From NCBI GenBank assembly GCA_001777665.1, contig MFEQ01000006.1, forward strand, positions 24,309-88,308: a DNA stretch of 64,000 nt, given 5' to 3'. The position numbers and the translations under genes were made by a program. The notes under the pieces are model-generated. The model did not search any database. It was not told the origin of the DNA and saw only the letters and a program-made list of their open reading frames with translations. This document shows positions 1-8,999 of the stretch, piece by piece. How positions within the stretch are numbered: position 1 is the first letter of the stretch; each line of letters begins with the position of its first letter. Origin of the DNA: Candidatus Doudnabacteria bacterium RIFCSPHIGHO2_02_FULL_42_25. GTDB taxonomy: Bacteria > Patescibacteriota > Doudnabacteria > UBA920 > O2-02-FULL-48-8.

Positions 1-1380
1 CGAACCATCGGATAATATTTTAGATCGCAAATTTGCCTTCTGGTCTATTTCTAGATCAGTTTTAGTACCACCCAAATTCGAATTATTGATCGATAGATAA
101 TCATATTGGGTGGATAAAACCTTACCACTGAATCCTAGGTTCTCAATTATTTTCTGGGTTTCAGCTTCTTTGCTATAAACCATTATGTGTCTTTGGTCCA
201 AATTGTTTTGCATAATCTGCATAAAATTTAACCAAGTCTCGTTGGAAAATCCCGACAATCGATCTAACAAAATCGGTGCGAAATCAGCTAACATTTTCTT
301 TGGTTCATTTTCGACGACGTCATAATCTATAGAAGTTTTATACTGAACAATCTCTTGAAAATTTTCCGCGGTCAGTGTCACTCCATAGTCCTTCATTTCA
401 ATCGGACCGGTCAGTTCTAGTAAATTTTCAAATATTTTAGGTGTAAATGACATCACACCATCAGCTGTCTGCTCCCCTTTTTCATAAAAATCTAAAAGTT
501 TTCTGGCAGATGTCGGAAAATCTACGAACCAATTAGCATCCCGGATCCCCCAACGTTTGATGTCAGGTTGAAACGGACCAGGTGCTGCGACCAATTCATA
601 AATTTTTCCATCCAAATCGTAGATGCTATCAATCTTTAATTGCGCTATCGATCCATTTTCGGTTTTGAGTACTCCGTAAGTTCCGATAAAACCACCAGTG
701 GCGCGCTGCTCGTCGTAGTTCTGGAAAATCAAAAGATAAGTTTTGGCATTACCAAAAATATTCAAATACAGGCTCTCCAGCCCGATCAATTTATCTAAAA
801 CGCTACTTAGCTGACTGACCTGCTTTTTTGCTTGCGACAACGTATCTTCATAATCTAGTGGAATGCTGCCGACATCATCAAACGCAGTAGCAGATTTATC
901 CAGCAGATCTTTGGTTTCTTTAAACAACTGAATGTTCGAAATTAATTTTTGGTTTAAAAGAACAGTCTCTACTCCTTTGCTGCTAACCTTCAATTCATTC
1001 AGTAAATTCAAAGACTGGGTTAATTTCTCTCCGGCTTGAGCTAAATACTGCGCGCCTTCCAGTAAATGGTTCGCACTATTCGCTTCGGGGTGAACCCATG
1101 TCAAAGGTTTATATGCATCTAGTTTGTCTTGTGCGACTTGAACATTGTTTGAAGCGGATTCAAATAACTGTGCTGCTTCATCAAACTTTTCTTCGCTTAA
1201 ATTCCTGGTGGCATTATTCAATTCCTCGTAAGCCACAGTTGCGACTCCCAGAATTTCTCCGGAATCGGATTTTGCATTCGATAAATACAATCCACTTTGC
1301 AGAACGAAAACTAAACCTGCCGAAACCAAGGCAAAAAGCAGACCGCCAAAAATTTTCCCACGTTTTGAGAGCTTCGGCAT
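1..1380 (-). CDS. DUF4012-domain secreted/membrane-anchored protein, 5' part only; gene continues past window start. Alternative start at 1413.
   Basis: Reverse-strand translation from ATG at 1380-1378 gives MPKLSKRGKIFGGLLFALVSAGLVFVL (N-terminal TM anchor) followed by NYDEQRATGGFIGTYGVL, a motif typical of DUF4012. No stop before window edge, so not in the ORF track. Confidence 0.5.
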   Translation of the reverse strand, partial: MPKLSKRGKIFGGLLFALVSAGLVFVLQSGLYLSNAKSDSGEILGVATVAYEELNNATRNLSEEKFDEAAQLFESASNNVQVAQDKLDAYKPLTWVHPEANSANHLLEGAQYLAQAGEKLTQSLNLLNELKVSSKGVETVLLNQKLISNIQLFKETKDLLDKSATAFDDVGSIPLDYEDTLSQAKKQVSQLSSVLDKLIGLESLYLNIFGNAKTYLLIFQNYDEQRATGGFIGTYGVLKTENGSIAQLKIDSIYDLDGKIYELVAAPGPFQPDIKRWGIRDANWFVDFPTSARKLLDFYEKGEQTADGVMSFTPKIFENLLELTGPIEMKDYGVTLTAENFQEIVQYKTSIDYDVVENEPKKMLADFAPILLDRLSGFSNETWLNFMQIMQNNLDQRHIMVYSKEAETQKIIENLGFSGKVLSTQYDYLSINNSNLGGTKTDLEIDQKANLRSKILSDGS

Positions 1381-1409
1381 GATTATAAAATTGTGTTTGG
1401 AAAATTGTT

Positions 1410-2525
1410 TCATTTTTCAACTACTCGCTGACGGGAAATATTCAGCAGTATCCCGACCGCTGCCAGACTGATAGCTAATGATGTCGAACCATAAGAAATA
1501 AAAATTAATGGAATTCCTGTCAAAGGAATGAGGGCGGTAATCCCTCCAATATTAATCACAGCCTGAATTATAATCCAAGCAGTAATTCCACCAGCAACTA
1601 ATTGACCAAACGTATCGGGTGCGGCTTTGGCAATTCTAAATCCTCGGTAAGCAATAAATAAATACAGAAATAGAATTAAACAAACTCTGATAAATCCCAG
1701 CTCTTCGGCAATAACTGCAAAAATCGAGTCACCTATAGTTTCTGGTAAATAGCTGTGTTTTTGTAATGATTGCCCAAATCCCTTCCCCCACCAGCCACCA
1801 CTCCCAATAGCCAATAATGCTTGATTGATTTGATAGGAAATTCCTTTGGCATCAACCGATGGATCCAAAAATGCTAAAAAGCGGTGCATTCGGTAAGGCG
1901 CGGCTTTGACCAGCAGCCAAAAAACTAAAAGGCCTGCACCAGCGGTGGCTGCTATATATCGAAGTCTCACGCCAGCAATAAAAAACATGACTGCCGAGAT
2001 CAGGGCCAAAACTAACATTGATCCGATATCAGGCTCCATAATAATTAATCCCGCCACAATCCCAGCAACGGCCAAGGTCGGTAAAAATCCATAGTACAAA
2101 TCATGAACATGGTGTTGTCGTTTATCATACCAACTTGCTAAATATAAAATAATGGCCAATTTTACAAATTCGGCTGGCTGAAAAAGAAATGCACCAAAGT
2201 TGATCCATCGTTTAGCTCCACCGACTTCAAAGCCGATACCCGGAATTAAAACTGCAATCAACATTCCTATCCCGGCTAGCACAAACAGCGGTGCAAATTT
2301 TTGTAAATTATGATAATCAAATTTAGAAAAAAAATATAAAAATATTAATCCGGGAATCGCGCCAAATAATAATTGCCGAACAAAGTAATAATAATTATTC
2401 TCAAACCTTTGATATGAAAGTACGCTCGAAGCCGAAAAAAGCATGATTAAACCAAAGCCCAGCATTATTAACACAGACCAAAATAAATATTTATCGACTG
2501 ATTGTTCAAAAGTTTGCTTTTTCAT
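1410..2525 (-). CDS. ftsW: SEDS-family peptidoglycan glycosyltransferase FtsW/RodA
   Basis: 371 aa polytopic membrane protein with FtsW/RodA-like sequence, adjacent to murD and mraY. Confidence 0.75.
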   Translation of the reverse strand: MKKQTFEQSVDKYLFWSVLIMLGFGLIMLFSASSVLSYQRFENNYYYFVRQLLFGAIPGLIFLYFFSKFDYHNLQKFAPLFVLAGIGMLIAVLIPGIGFEVGGAKRWINFGAFLFQPAEFVKLAIILYLASWYDKRQHHVHDLYYGFLPTLAVAGIVAGLIIMEPDIGSMLVLALISAVMFFIAGVRLRYIAATAGAGLLVFWLLVKAAPYRMHRFLAFLDPSVDAKGISYQINQALLAIGSGGWWGKGFGQSLQKHSYLPETIGDSIFAVIAEELGFIRVCLILFLYLFIAYRGFRIAKAAPDTFGQLVAGGITAWIIIQAVINIGGITALIPLTGIPLIFISYGSTSLAISLAAVGILLNISRQRVVEK

Positions 2526-2668
2526 CCCAGTATATCAACTTCGATAATGGTTTTTGAGTTCGCTTTTGCGAACAAAACCAGTTTAAATATATTATTTTCA
2601 AAAATCATCGAGTTAAAGTTAATTAATCAAAAACCATTGGGCAAAAGCATCGAAGTTGTATTACTGGG
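2526..2668 (+). repeat. 143-bp structured intercistronic element, copy 1. Exactly fills the gap between murD stop and ftsW ATG.
   Basis: About 97% identical to 52363-52505. Terminal inverted repeats cccagtatatcaacttcgat / atcgaagttgtattactggg. Internal palindromes gttcgcttttgcgaac and aatggtttttga/tcaaaaaccatt. Confidence 0.8.
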
Positions 2669-3970
2669 TCATAAACCATTAACCATCTTGATAAACTGCT
2701 CTCCGCGATCCTTATAATCTTTAAACATGTCGAAACTTGATGCTCCGGGAGAAAGTAAGACCAAATCCCCAGACACAGCCACGTTCTCTATTTGATCGAA
2801 AATTTCTTTCATATTCACAGCTCCCGTCAACAACTTGCCTTGAAACCCTTCTAACTGCTTGGTAATTTTTGACGCTTCCTCACCAATCACAATCACTGCC
2901 TTCACACTTGGAGATGTTTTTATGACGTTAGCTAAAACTTTGTACTGAAGTCCTTTGCTAGCACCTCCGACAATCAATATTTCTGATTGCGTAAAAGTTT
3001 TAATCGCCGCGATAGTGGATTCTTCATTCGTGCTGATTGAATCATCGACATATGTAATTCCATTTTTCACTGCAACGACGTTTAACCGGTGAGGTAACGG
3101 TTGAAATTCTGCCACAGATTTTCTTATCGATTCATCCGCAATTTTAAAAATTTTGGCGACTTCAATTGCGGCTGCAATATTGTCCCAATTGTGACTTCCT
3201 AAAAGCTTAGTCTGGTAATTTGATGCCGAATTTGGATCTATGAAAACCTTTTGACCTAATCCCAGTTTTTGGAACCATTCGGGAAGACTTTTATGAATTA
3301 CCGCGTAATCATCCTGCTTTTGATGAGCTATAATGTTCGACTTCGCTCGGAGGTACTCTTCCAAATTTTTATGATGATTTAAATGATCCGGTGAAATCGA
3401 TAACACAACCGCAATGTGCGGGGATTGTTCTAAATCTTGTAACTGAAAACTAGATAATTCTAAGACCACCAAGTCATCGGATTGAATTTGTTCAAGAAAT
3501 TCAAAAGGATCTTGGCCGATATTCCCAGCAACCCAAACCCGCCCGCCACGCAAGACAGCCCCGCCTGCAACGCGAGCTTGCGAGCGGGCAGGTTGCTGGC
3601 GTTGCGGGCTGGCTTTTTTACTACCGGTGGATAGCATTTCTGCAATCAAAACTGTTGTAGTCCCTTTTCCTTTCGTTCCGGTCACACCAATGATTGGAGC
3701 TGGACAAAGCTCAAAAAAAAGTTTCGTCTGACTGGAAATTTCGACTCCAGCTTCTTTCGCTTTCTGTATTGATTTTGACAGATACGGCAGTCCGGGTGTG
3801 CGAAAAATTATGTCGAACTTTGTCAGTTGATCGATTAGCTCGGCTTCCGATTTCCAATCATGGACAATCGTAAAACTAAGTTCGTTTTTGTTAAAAAAAT
3901 CGGCTAATTTTTGATTGTTGGTACCATAGCCGATGATGCCAATTTTTTTTCCTGTTAACTTCGAAAACAT
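2669..3970 (-). CDS. murD: UDP-N-acetylmuramoylalanine--D-glutamate ligase
   Basis: Mur ligase P-loop GVTGTKGKGTT; 433 aa. Carries an in-frame GC-rich insertion (about 3529-3616) encoding SPQRQQPARSQARVAGGAVLRGGRVW. Confidence 0.8.
   Translation of the reverse strand: MFSKLTGKKIGIIGYGTNNQKLADFFNKNELSFTIVHDWKSEAELIDQLTKFDIIFRTPGLPYLSKSIQKAKEAGVEISSQTKLFFELCPAPIIGVTGTKGKGTTTVLIAEMLSTGSKKASPQRQQPARSQARVAGGAVLRGGRVWVAGNIGQDPFEFLEQIQSDDLVVLELSSFQLQDLEQSPHIAVVLSISPDHLNHHKNLEEYLRAKSNIIAHQKQDDYAVIHKSLPEWFQKLGLGQKVFIDPNSASNYQTKLLGSHNWDNIAAAIEVAKIFKIADESIRKSVAEFQPLPHRLNVVAVKNGITYVDDSISTNEESTIAAIKTFTQSEILIVGGASKGLQYKVLANVIKTSPSVKAVIVIGEEASKITKQLEGFQGKLLTGAVNMKEIFDQIENVAVSGDLVLLSPGASSFDMFKDYKDRGEQFIKMVNGL
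3529..3616. repeat. GC-rich palindromic module inserted in-frame in murD (RPE-like)
   Basis: Starts aacccgcccgccacgcaag and ends gcgttgcgggctgg. The same termini occur in the module at 33857-33897. Local GC far above flanking coding sequence. Confidence 0.6.
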
Positions 3971-5526
3971 TATCGTTTTATAACCATGCCATTAAGGCCA
4001 ACGACTTCTTGGTTTGTATAAGATAATTTTCCGTTGACAATAACTCCATCGATCCCGACTGAAACCAAACTGGCATTTTTATAATCAGCTTTATCAGTTA
4101 TGGTTTTGGGGTCGAAAATTACCACATCAGCGAGTTTATCTTTGGCTAATTGTCCTAAGTTGGGAAGTCCAAGAAGTTTTGCTGGCTCTGAAGTAATTTT
4201 CATAATCGCTTGTTCCCATTTGAGCAGCTTATTTTCTCGAATCATTCGTAAAAATCTGGGCATGGTCCCGAAACATCGTGGGTGAATCAAATGTGGATGT
4301 TCTGTCGAGTGCCCAGCGCCATCAGTCGCGATCATAGACAGGGGGGATGCGCAGAGTAATTCTACGTGCTCATTTGATAGATTATGATCAAAAACCATAA
4401 CTTGAGCTCCACCAGCCAACAAAACATTCAACGTCGCTTCTTCAGCGCTGACTGATTGATTATCTCCAATTTGCTTCAAACTTTTCCCCACAAAGTTTGG
4501 GGCAGACGAAGCCTCCGAAACAATAACCTTATCAAAGTCATATTCTTGGGCTTTCAGATAATCCCAAATTTTTCGTCTGGTCACTGGATCACCGATCATT
4601 TTTAGAATCTGGTCGCGGCCACCTTCGTAAGTCCATTTCGGTAAATACGTATAAAGCACTGACCATGAAGTGTCATACGGATAGACATCAAATGAAATGT
4701 TAATACCTTGATGGTAAGCAATTTCTAACTTGGTCATCAGGCGTTCAAACAATGGCCAATTTTTCTTACCGCGAACTTTTAAATGGGAAATTTTTATAGG
4801 CACAGAAGCGATCAAGGCCAAATCTATAACTTCATCGAGGCTTTCCAGAATATGGGAATCTTCGGACCGCAAATGAACACTTAAATATTTCTGTTTTGGA
4901 TTAAGAACGGTAGCCAGTGTCCTTAACTCTTGTTCTGAAGAATTAACTTCGTGCGCGTAAACCAATCCCATAGACATTCCAAACGCTCCTTGATCGAGAG
5001 CATTTGTTAAAATGTTCTTCATTATTTTGATTTCGTCATCAGAAACCGGCCGGGTCGAATCACCCAAAATTCCTCGCCTGATCGTAGAGTGGCCTACTAA
5101 AGTTCCGACATTGACTCCATGCGGCACATTGCCGAGGTATTGCAAAAATTCTGCCATGGTCATCCAGTCAACATTCACCCCACTCAAATTATGCCACTTT
5201 TGTATAGACTTAATAGATTCTTTTGAAAGCAGTGGCGCTAATGATGCTCCGCAATTCCCCATGACGATGGTCGTGATTCCTTGCGAAAGCAAACTAAACT
5301 GACTAGGCTGATCCAAAATAGTCCAGTAAGAATCTGAGTGGTTTTGGATATCGATAAATCCTGGACTAACGATTCGATCACTGGCATCGATGGTTTGTAA
5401 AGACTTGGCTTTAATTACCGACTCAATCGCCGTGATTTTGCCATCCTGGATTGCAATATCAGCTTTATTTGCTGGTTTCCCCATCCCATCAATTACAGTC
5501 CCATTTTTTATGAGAATGTCGAGCAT
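3970..5526 (-). CDS. Amidohydrolase-superfamily enzyme, N-acyl-D-amino-acid deacylase (D-aminoacylase)-like
   Basis: 518 aa. N-terminus MLDILIKNGTVIDGMG...IVSPGFIDIQNHSD is typical of D-aminoacylase/amidohydrolase 3 family. Confidence 0.5.
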   Translation of the reverse strand: MLDILIKNGTVIDGMGKPANKADIAIQDGKITAIESVIKAKSLQTIDASDRIVSPGFIDIQNHSDSYWTILDQPSQFSLLSQGITTIVMGNCGASLAPLLSKESIKSIQKWHNLSGVNVDWMTMAEFLQYLGNVPHGVNVGTLVGHSTIRRGILGDSTRPVSDDEIKIMKNILTNALDQGAFGMSMGLVYAHEVNSSEQELRTLATVLNPKQKYLSVHLRSEDSHILESLDEVIDLALIASVPIKISHLKVRGKKNWPLFERLMTKLEIAYHQGINISFDVYPYDTSWSVLYTYLPKWTYEGGRDQILKMIGDPVTRRKIWDYLKAQEYDFDKVIVSEASSAPNFVGKSLKQIGDNQSVSAEEATLNVLLAGGAQVMVFDHNLSNEHVELLCASPLSMIATDGAGHSTEHPHLIHPRCFGTMPRFLRMIRENKLLKWEQAIMKITSEPAKLLGLPNLGQLAKDKLADVVIFDPKTITDKADYKNASLVSVGIDGVIVNGKLSYTNQEVVGLNGMVIKR

Positions 5527-6572
5527 TATCGTCCTATCAAGTTAACTGCAACTCCTACGATTGCGAACACCACGGAGACTACCCAGAGTCGCATCGTGAC
5601 TTTTGTTTCTGGCCAGCCCTTAGCTTCGAAATGGTGATGTAGTGGTGAAGATAAAAATAATTTTCGACCTGTCGTGTGGCGCCACGTCCACTGCAAAAGA
5701 GTGGATATGGATTCCAAAACTAAAACAAATCCGATCAAAGGTAGAACAATGACGGAATTAGTCAAAAACGCAATTACTGCCAGTACTGTCCCGAGTGACA
5801 TCGAACCCGTATCACCCATAAAAAACCTGGCTGGGAAAATGTTAAACCACAGAAATGCTAACAAAGCGCCACCAATGACTCCAGCCAGTGCGGCTAACTC
5901 GAAACGTCCTTGTAAAAATGCGATCAATCCGTACGACAAAAAAGCGACAGCTAAGACTCCACCTGCCAATCCATCTAACCCGTCAGTTTGGTTAACTGAA
6001 AAACTCGTTGCAATCACGACAAAAATAAACAATGGCACAATCCAGGCACCAATCACTAAATCACCAACTCCTGGAATATGTAAAATATCGAATTGAAGTT
6101 TATAGTAAAACCAGTAAGCCCCGATGATGGCAATCAGCGTATAAAACAGTAATCGGTGACGCATTCGGAGTCCCCCGCCCTTCCCACCTCCCGCTCCTTT
6201 TATTCCCAAATAATCATCTAGGAGTCCCAGAACCGCAGCCGCACCTAATACTCCCAAAGGCAGTAAGGTTTGCTGCCTCGTCAAAAAATTCAGTTTGTGA
6301 AATAGTTCAAAACCTAAAACTCGATCCAAAAACCAAAAAATTGCAGCCAGAGCTAGCGTTGTAAACCAAATCAAAACACCGCCCATGGTTGGCGTGCCAT
6401 TTTTCTTCTCGTGAAGCTTGGTATAAAACGGAGTGTCGCCTTCGGCTCGAATTTTTTTCCCAAATTTGTGTTTGTAGACAAAATTAGTAAAAATTGGCGT
6501 CAAACTGATCGCCACCGCGAAGCTAATTGCAGCAAGTGAAAATATTTTTATTAAAGCGTCCGCCGATGTCAT
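5526..6572 (-). CDS. mraY: Phospho-N-acetylmuramoyl-pentapeptide transferase
   Basis: MraY motifs (DDYLGIKG..., MGDTGSMSLG); 348 aa. Confidence 0.85.
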   Translation of the reverse strand: MTSADALIKIFSLAAISFAVAISLTPIFTNFVYKHKFGKKIRAEGDTPFYTKLHEKKNGTPTMGGVLIWFTTLALAAIFWFLDRVLGFELFHKLNFLTRQQTLLPLGVLGAAAVLGLLDDYLGIKGAGGGKGGGLRMRHRLLFYTLIAIIGAYWFYYKLQFDILHIPGVGDLVIGAWIVPLFIFVVIATSFSVNQTDGLDGLAGGVLAVAFLSYGLIAFLQGRFELAALAGVIGGALLAFLWFNIFPARFFMGDTGSMSLGTVLAVIAFLTNSVIVLPLIGFVLVLESISTLLQWTWRHTTGRKLFLSSPLHHHFEAKGWPETKVTMRLWVVSVVFAIVGVAVNLIGR

Positions 6573-6573
6573 T

Positions 6574-6609
6574 TTATTTGGGTTTCTGAATTGAAATTAG
6601 GACCTTCAT
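6574..6609 (-). other. 11-codon uORF (MKVLISIQKPK) ending 1 nt before the mraY start codon; its ATG lies inside the arm of the hairpin element
   Basis: ATG at 6609-6607, TAA at 6576-6574, mraY ATG at 6572. Confidence 0.35.
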
Positions 6610-6721
6610 CCCGTTAGAAGTTGATGTCTTAAAAAGCATTGCAGCCTAAAAATATAAAAATATAAATTTTCAGAATACAATAACGATTTTTCTGTACTTC
6701 TAACGGGATTCATGGTCCTAA
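6597..6721. promoter_or_regulatory. Long inverted-repeat element in the mraY 5' leader (arms ttcatcccgttagaagt / acttctaacgggattcat, about 74-nt loop), copy 1 of 2
   Basis: Arms about 22 bp with one conserved internal mismatch. Same arm core at 48643-48753 upstream of greA. Confidence 0.6.
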
Positions 6722-6753
6722 TTATACCACAAATGCCTTGTTATTGCCAACCT

Positions 6754-7665
6754 TTACCAACGATAAACCGTAAACACCCAATCTAATAGCTTCCGCGAAT
6801 CGTCTTCTCTGTTTTCACTATTCAAAATAATCGTCAGAACATAAGTACCATCGCGATTATACAGCGTGATCAGATTACCTAATGCTTTGGAAGTAAATCC
6901 GGTTTTTAATCCTTCCACGTGTTCGTCATCCAGAAGTAACTGATTCGTCGATTTAAGCCGATGAATATATTTGTTATCAACTGAAGCCACTGCAGTTTCT
7001 TTTATCTTAACAACTTCCAAAAGTTCTTCATGCTTTATAAACTCTTGAACAATTTTCAGCAAATCCAAAGAATTAGAAAAATTTTCTTGTTCTGCCCACA
7101 AATCCCAACCAGCGGGATTTGAAAAATTGGTTGCCACCAAATTTAATTCCTTGGCTTTCGTATTCATCAATTCCGCGAATTTTTCTGGCGAGCCGCTGAC
7201 AAAAGAAGCCAATGCCAAGGCCGCATCGTTACCAGATGGAATCAGCATTCCTTTCAAAAGGTCCGAAACTCTGATCTTTTCGCCTTCGACTAATCCTACG
7301 GTATTGCCAATCCCCAATAAATCCTCTTTTCTCACAGTGACTACGGCGTTTAGATCAACTCGCTCCATCACCACAACTGCGGTTATTAATTTAGTCAGAC
7401 TCGCGATAGGTAATTTCTGGTCTAAATTTTTCGAATAAAGAACAGTCCCGGAATTTAGATCATAAGCTACCGCTGATTTAGCGGTTAGAGTGGGTGCACT
7501 TAATGTAAGCGCTATTTCAGGGGCTGCATGCTCTGGTTTAGCTGATGCGGTTTGCAGGGCTACCCCAGAAAGAGCAGGCTTATGGGTGGTGTCTCTGGCC
7601 GTATGCGGAAAAAAGATAAAGGCAATCCCTATTCCGAGAATGACATAAACAATCTTGTGGAGCAT
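6754..7665 (-). CDS. dacA: D-alanyl-D-alanine carboxypeptidase (peptidase S11, low-MW PBP)
   Basis: SxxK (SLTK), SxN (SGN) and KTG (KTGFT) motifs; N-terminal signal anchor. Confidence 0.75.
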   Translation of the reverse strand: MLHKIVYVILGIGIAFIFFPHTARDTTHKPALSGVALQTASAKPEHAAPEIALTLSAPTLTAKSAVAYDLNSGTVLYSKNLDQKLPIASLTKLITAVVVMERVDLNAVVTVRKEDLLGIGNTVGLVEGEKIRVSDLLKGMLIPSGNDAALALASFVSGSPEKFAELMNTKAKELNLVATNFSNPAGWDLWAEQENFSNSLDLLKIVQEFIKHEELLEVVKIKETAVASVDNKYIHRLKSTNQLLLDDEHVEGLKTGFTSKALGNLITLYNRDGTYVLTIILNSENREDDSRKLLDWVFTVYRW

Positions 7666-7742
7666 TTAAGGAAATTACTTGCCTTTATTTTAACATATTT
7701 AGTATAATAACCAAGCGCATTAACGGCGGAGGAAAGAAAAAT

Positions 7743-8066
7743 ATGGAATTAACACTCACAGACGCAAACTTTGAAGCAGAAGTTTTGAAATCAGACAAGC
7801 CCGTACTCGTAGATTTTTGGGCGGAATGGTGCGGTCCATGTAAAATGGTCTCCCCTGCAGTCACACAGCTGGCCGAAGAACTTAAAGACCACATGAAGGT
7901 GGGCAAATTAAACGTGGACGAAAATCCTCAAACCACGCAGAACTATCAAATATTCAGCATCCCGTCATTGAAGATTTATAAGGGTGGAAAAATTATCGGA
8001 GAAATGGTTGGTGCTGCCCCTAAATCAATGATCGAAAAAACTATTCGCGGAATACTCGGAATCTAA
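7743..8066 (+). CDS. trxA: Thioredoxin
   Basis: WCGPCK active site, 107 aa. Confidence 0.9.
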   Translation: MELTLTDANFEAEVLKSDKPVLVDFWAEWCGPCKMVSPAVTQLAEELKDHMKVGKLNVDENPQTTQNYQIFSIPSLKIYKGGKIIGEMVGAAPKSMIEKTIRGILGI

Positions 8067-8078
8067 ACATGAATACAA

Positions 8079-8108
8079 AAAAGCCCCCAATTGGGGGCTT
8101 TTTTAGTT
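8079..8108 (+). terminator. Intrinsic terminator after trxA
   Basis: aaaaaagcccccaattgggggctttttt hairpin plus T-run. Confidence 0.7.
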
Positions 8109-8118
8109 ATTAATTGTA

Positions 8119-8385
8119 TTACATTCTTCCCTTTAAGGGGCTACGGAACCCTCGGACAATCCAAAGCAGAATTACAGCACCGAGGATCGCGACCAAAAAA
8201 CTCGACAGATTAAATCCGGTGATATCAGGACCTCCAAATAACGTCACGACCCATCCTCCGAGCAATGCCCCTAGAATTCCCACGATGATATTTGAGCCAA
8301 TTCCCATTTCAGCATCAGTTTTCATGATGATGCTAGCAGCCCAACCAACTATAGCTCCGAACACGATCCATAAGATTATATTCAT
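8119..8385 (-). CDS. GlsB/YeaQ/YmgE-family small stress membrane protein (transglycosylase-associated protein family)
   Basis: MNIILWIVFGAIVGWAASIIM...GILGALLGGWV. Internal ATG at 8385 preferred over ORF-track start 8493: it is preceded by aaaggagaaat, and a bidirectional hairpin terminator lies at 8451-8484 upstream. Confidence 0.6.
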   Translation of the reverse strand: MNIILWIVFGAIVGWAASIIMKTDAEMGIGSNIIVGILGALLGGWVVTLFGGPDITGFNLSSFLVAILGAVILLWIVRGFRSPLKGRM

Positions 8386-8450
8386 ATATTTCTCCTTTCT
8401 TCCTAAAATTCTAGCAATAATCCACTTAATCTCAACTGGATGATCTGACA

Positions 8451-8484
8451 AAAAAACCGCCCTATTTGGAGCGGTTTTTTTGTT
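8451..8484. terminator. Bidirectional hairpin terminator (aaaaaaccgccctatttggagcggttttttt)
   Basis: GC stem flanked by A-run and T-run; terminates the convergent or upstream minus-strand gene. Confidence 0.55.
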
Positions 8485-8498
8485 AATTGACATGGGGC

Positions 8499-8996
8499 TT
8501 ATGTATGCCGATCGGCAATAGACGAAGCGCCATATGAATCGGGCTTGGTTTTTACAGCAAATCCATTTCCTTTAATCATCCCCACTATTTCATGTAACAT
8601 TTTTTTAGTTTCGCCGTTGGGACCAACATCGACGTGAATCGTCAAATTAAAATCTGAAATATTTTTTTCTTTCAAACGTTCAATTAACTGCTCGGCCAAT
8701 CTTAGTGAAAATAATGCTTCCTGAAATATTCGCTGGCGCAGCGTGTGGAGACTTGTTTCGTGGCGTTTGGACCAGAAATATATTCCACCACGACTTTTAC
8801 GATGCACGACTATAGCTGATACGAATTCAGCTTCGATACCAGTAGGCATAGAATCCGTGCCGATAATCAGTTCGTATTCCAAGCCCGGCTCATTTCCGAC
8901 ATATTCTAAAAGTTTTTCCAAAACTTGGTCAAAATCTAATTGACCATGAGTCGGGCTTCGAAAATCGTTAAAATGTAGGGAATTCATTTTATTCAT
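8499..8996 (-). CDS. DUF458/YkuK-like RNase H-fold protein
   Basis: 165 aa; IIGTDS...VVHRK...IHVDVG pattern resembles the YkuK family. Confidence 0.4.
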   Translation of the reverse strand: MNKMNSLHFNDFRSPTHGQLDFDQVLEKLLEYVGNEPGLEYELIIGTDSMPTGIEAEFVSAIVVHRKSRGGIYFWSKRHETSLHTLRQRIFQEALFSLRLAEQLIERLKEKNISDFNLTIHVDVGPNGETKKMLHEIVGMIKGNGFAVKTKPDSYGASSIADRHT

Positions 8997-8999
8997 CTG

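Noticed and set aside
1098-1420. Small ORFs 1098-1382 (+) and 1214-1420 (-)
   Set aside because: They overlap the well-supported minus-strand DUF4012 gene whose ATG is at 1380.
2502-2717. ORF-track + strand ORFs 2502-2717 and 52384-52893 (shared MVFEFAFANKTSLNILFSKIIELKL) as a small-protein family
   Set aside because: They arise from the two copies of the 143-bp intercistronic repeat and run antisense into murD/mreC coding sequence. The identity is due to the DNA repeat, not a conserved protein.
5674-6096. 140-aa + strand ORF inside mraY, and similar antisense ORFs (1906-2094, 3460-3645, 17436-18236, 53812-54237 and others)
   Set aside because: Fully embedded antisense to well-supported genes, with no SD and low-complexity translations; treated as spurious.
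8119-8493. 124-aa reading of the GlsB/YeaQ gene from ATG 8493
   Set aside because: The N-terminal 36 codons would span a bidirectional terminator hairpin and lack an SD. The internal ATG at 8385 has an AAAGGAGA SD and gives a typical family length.
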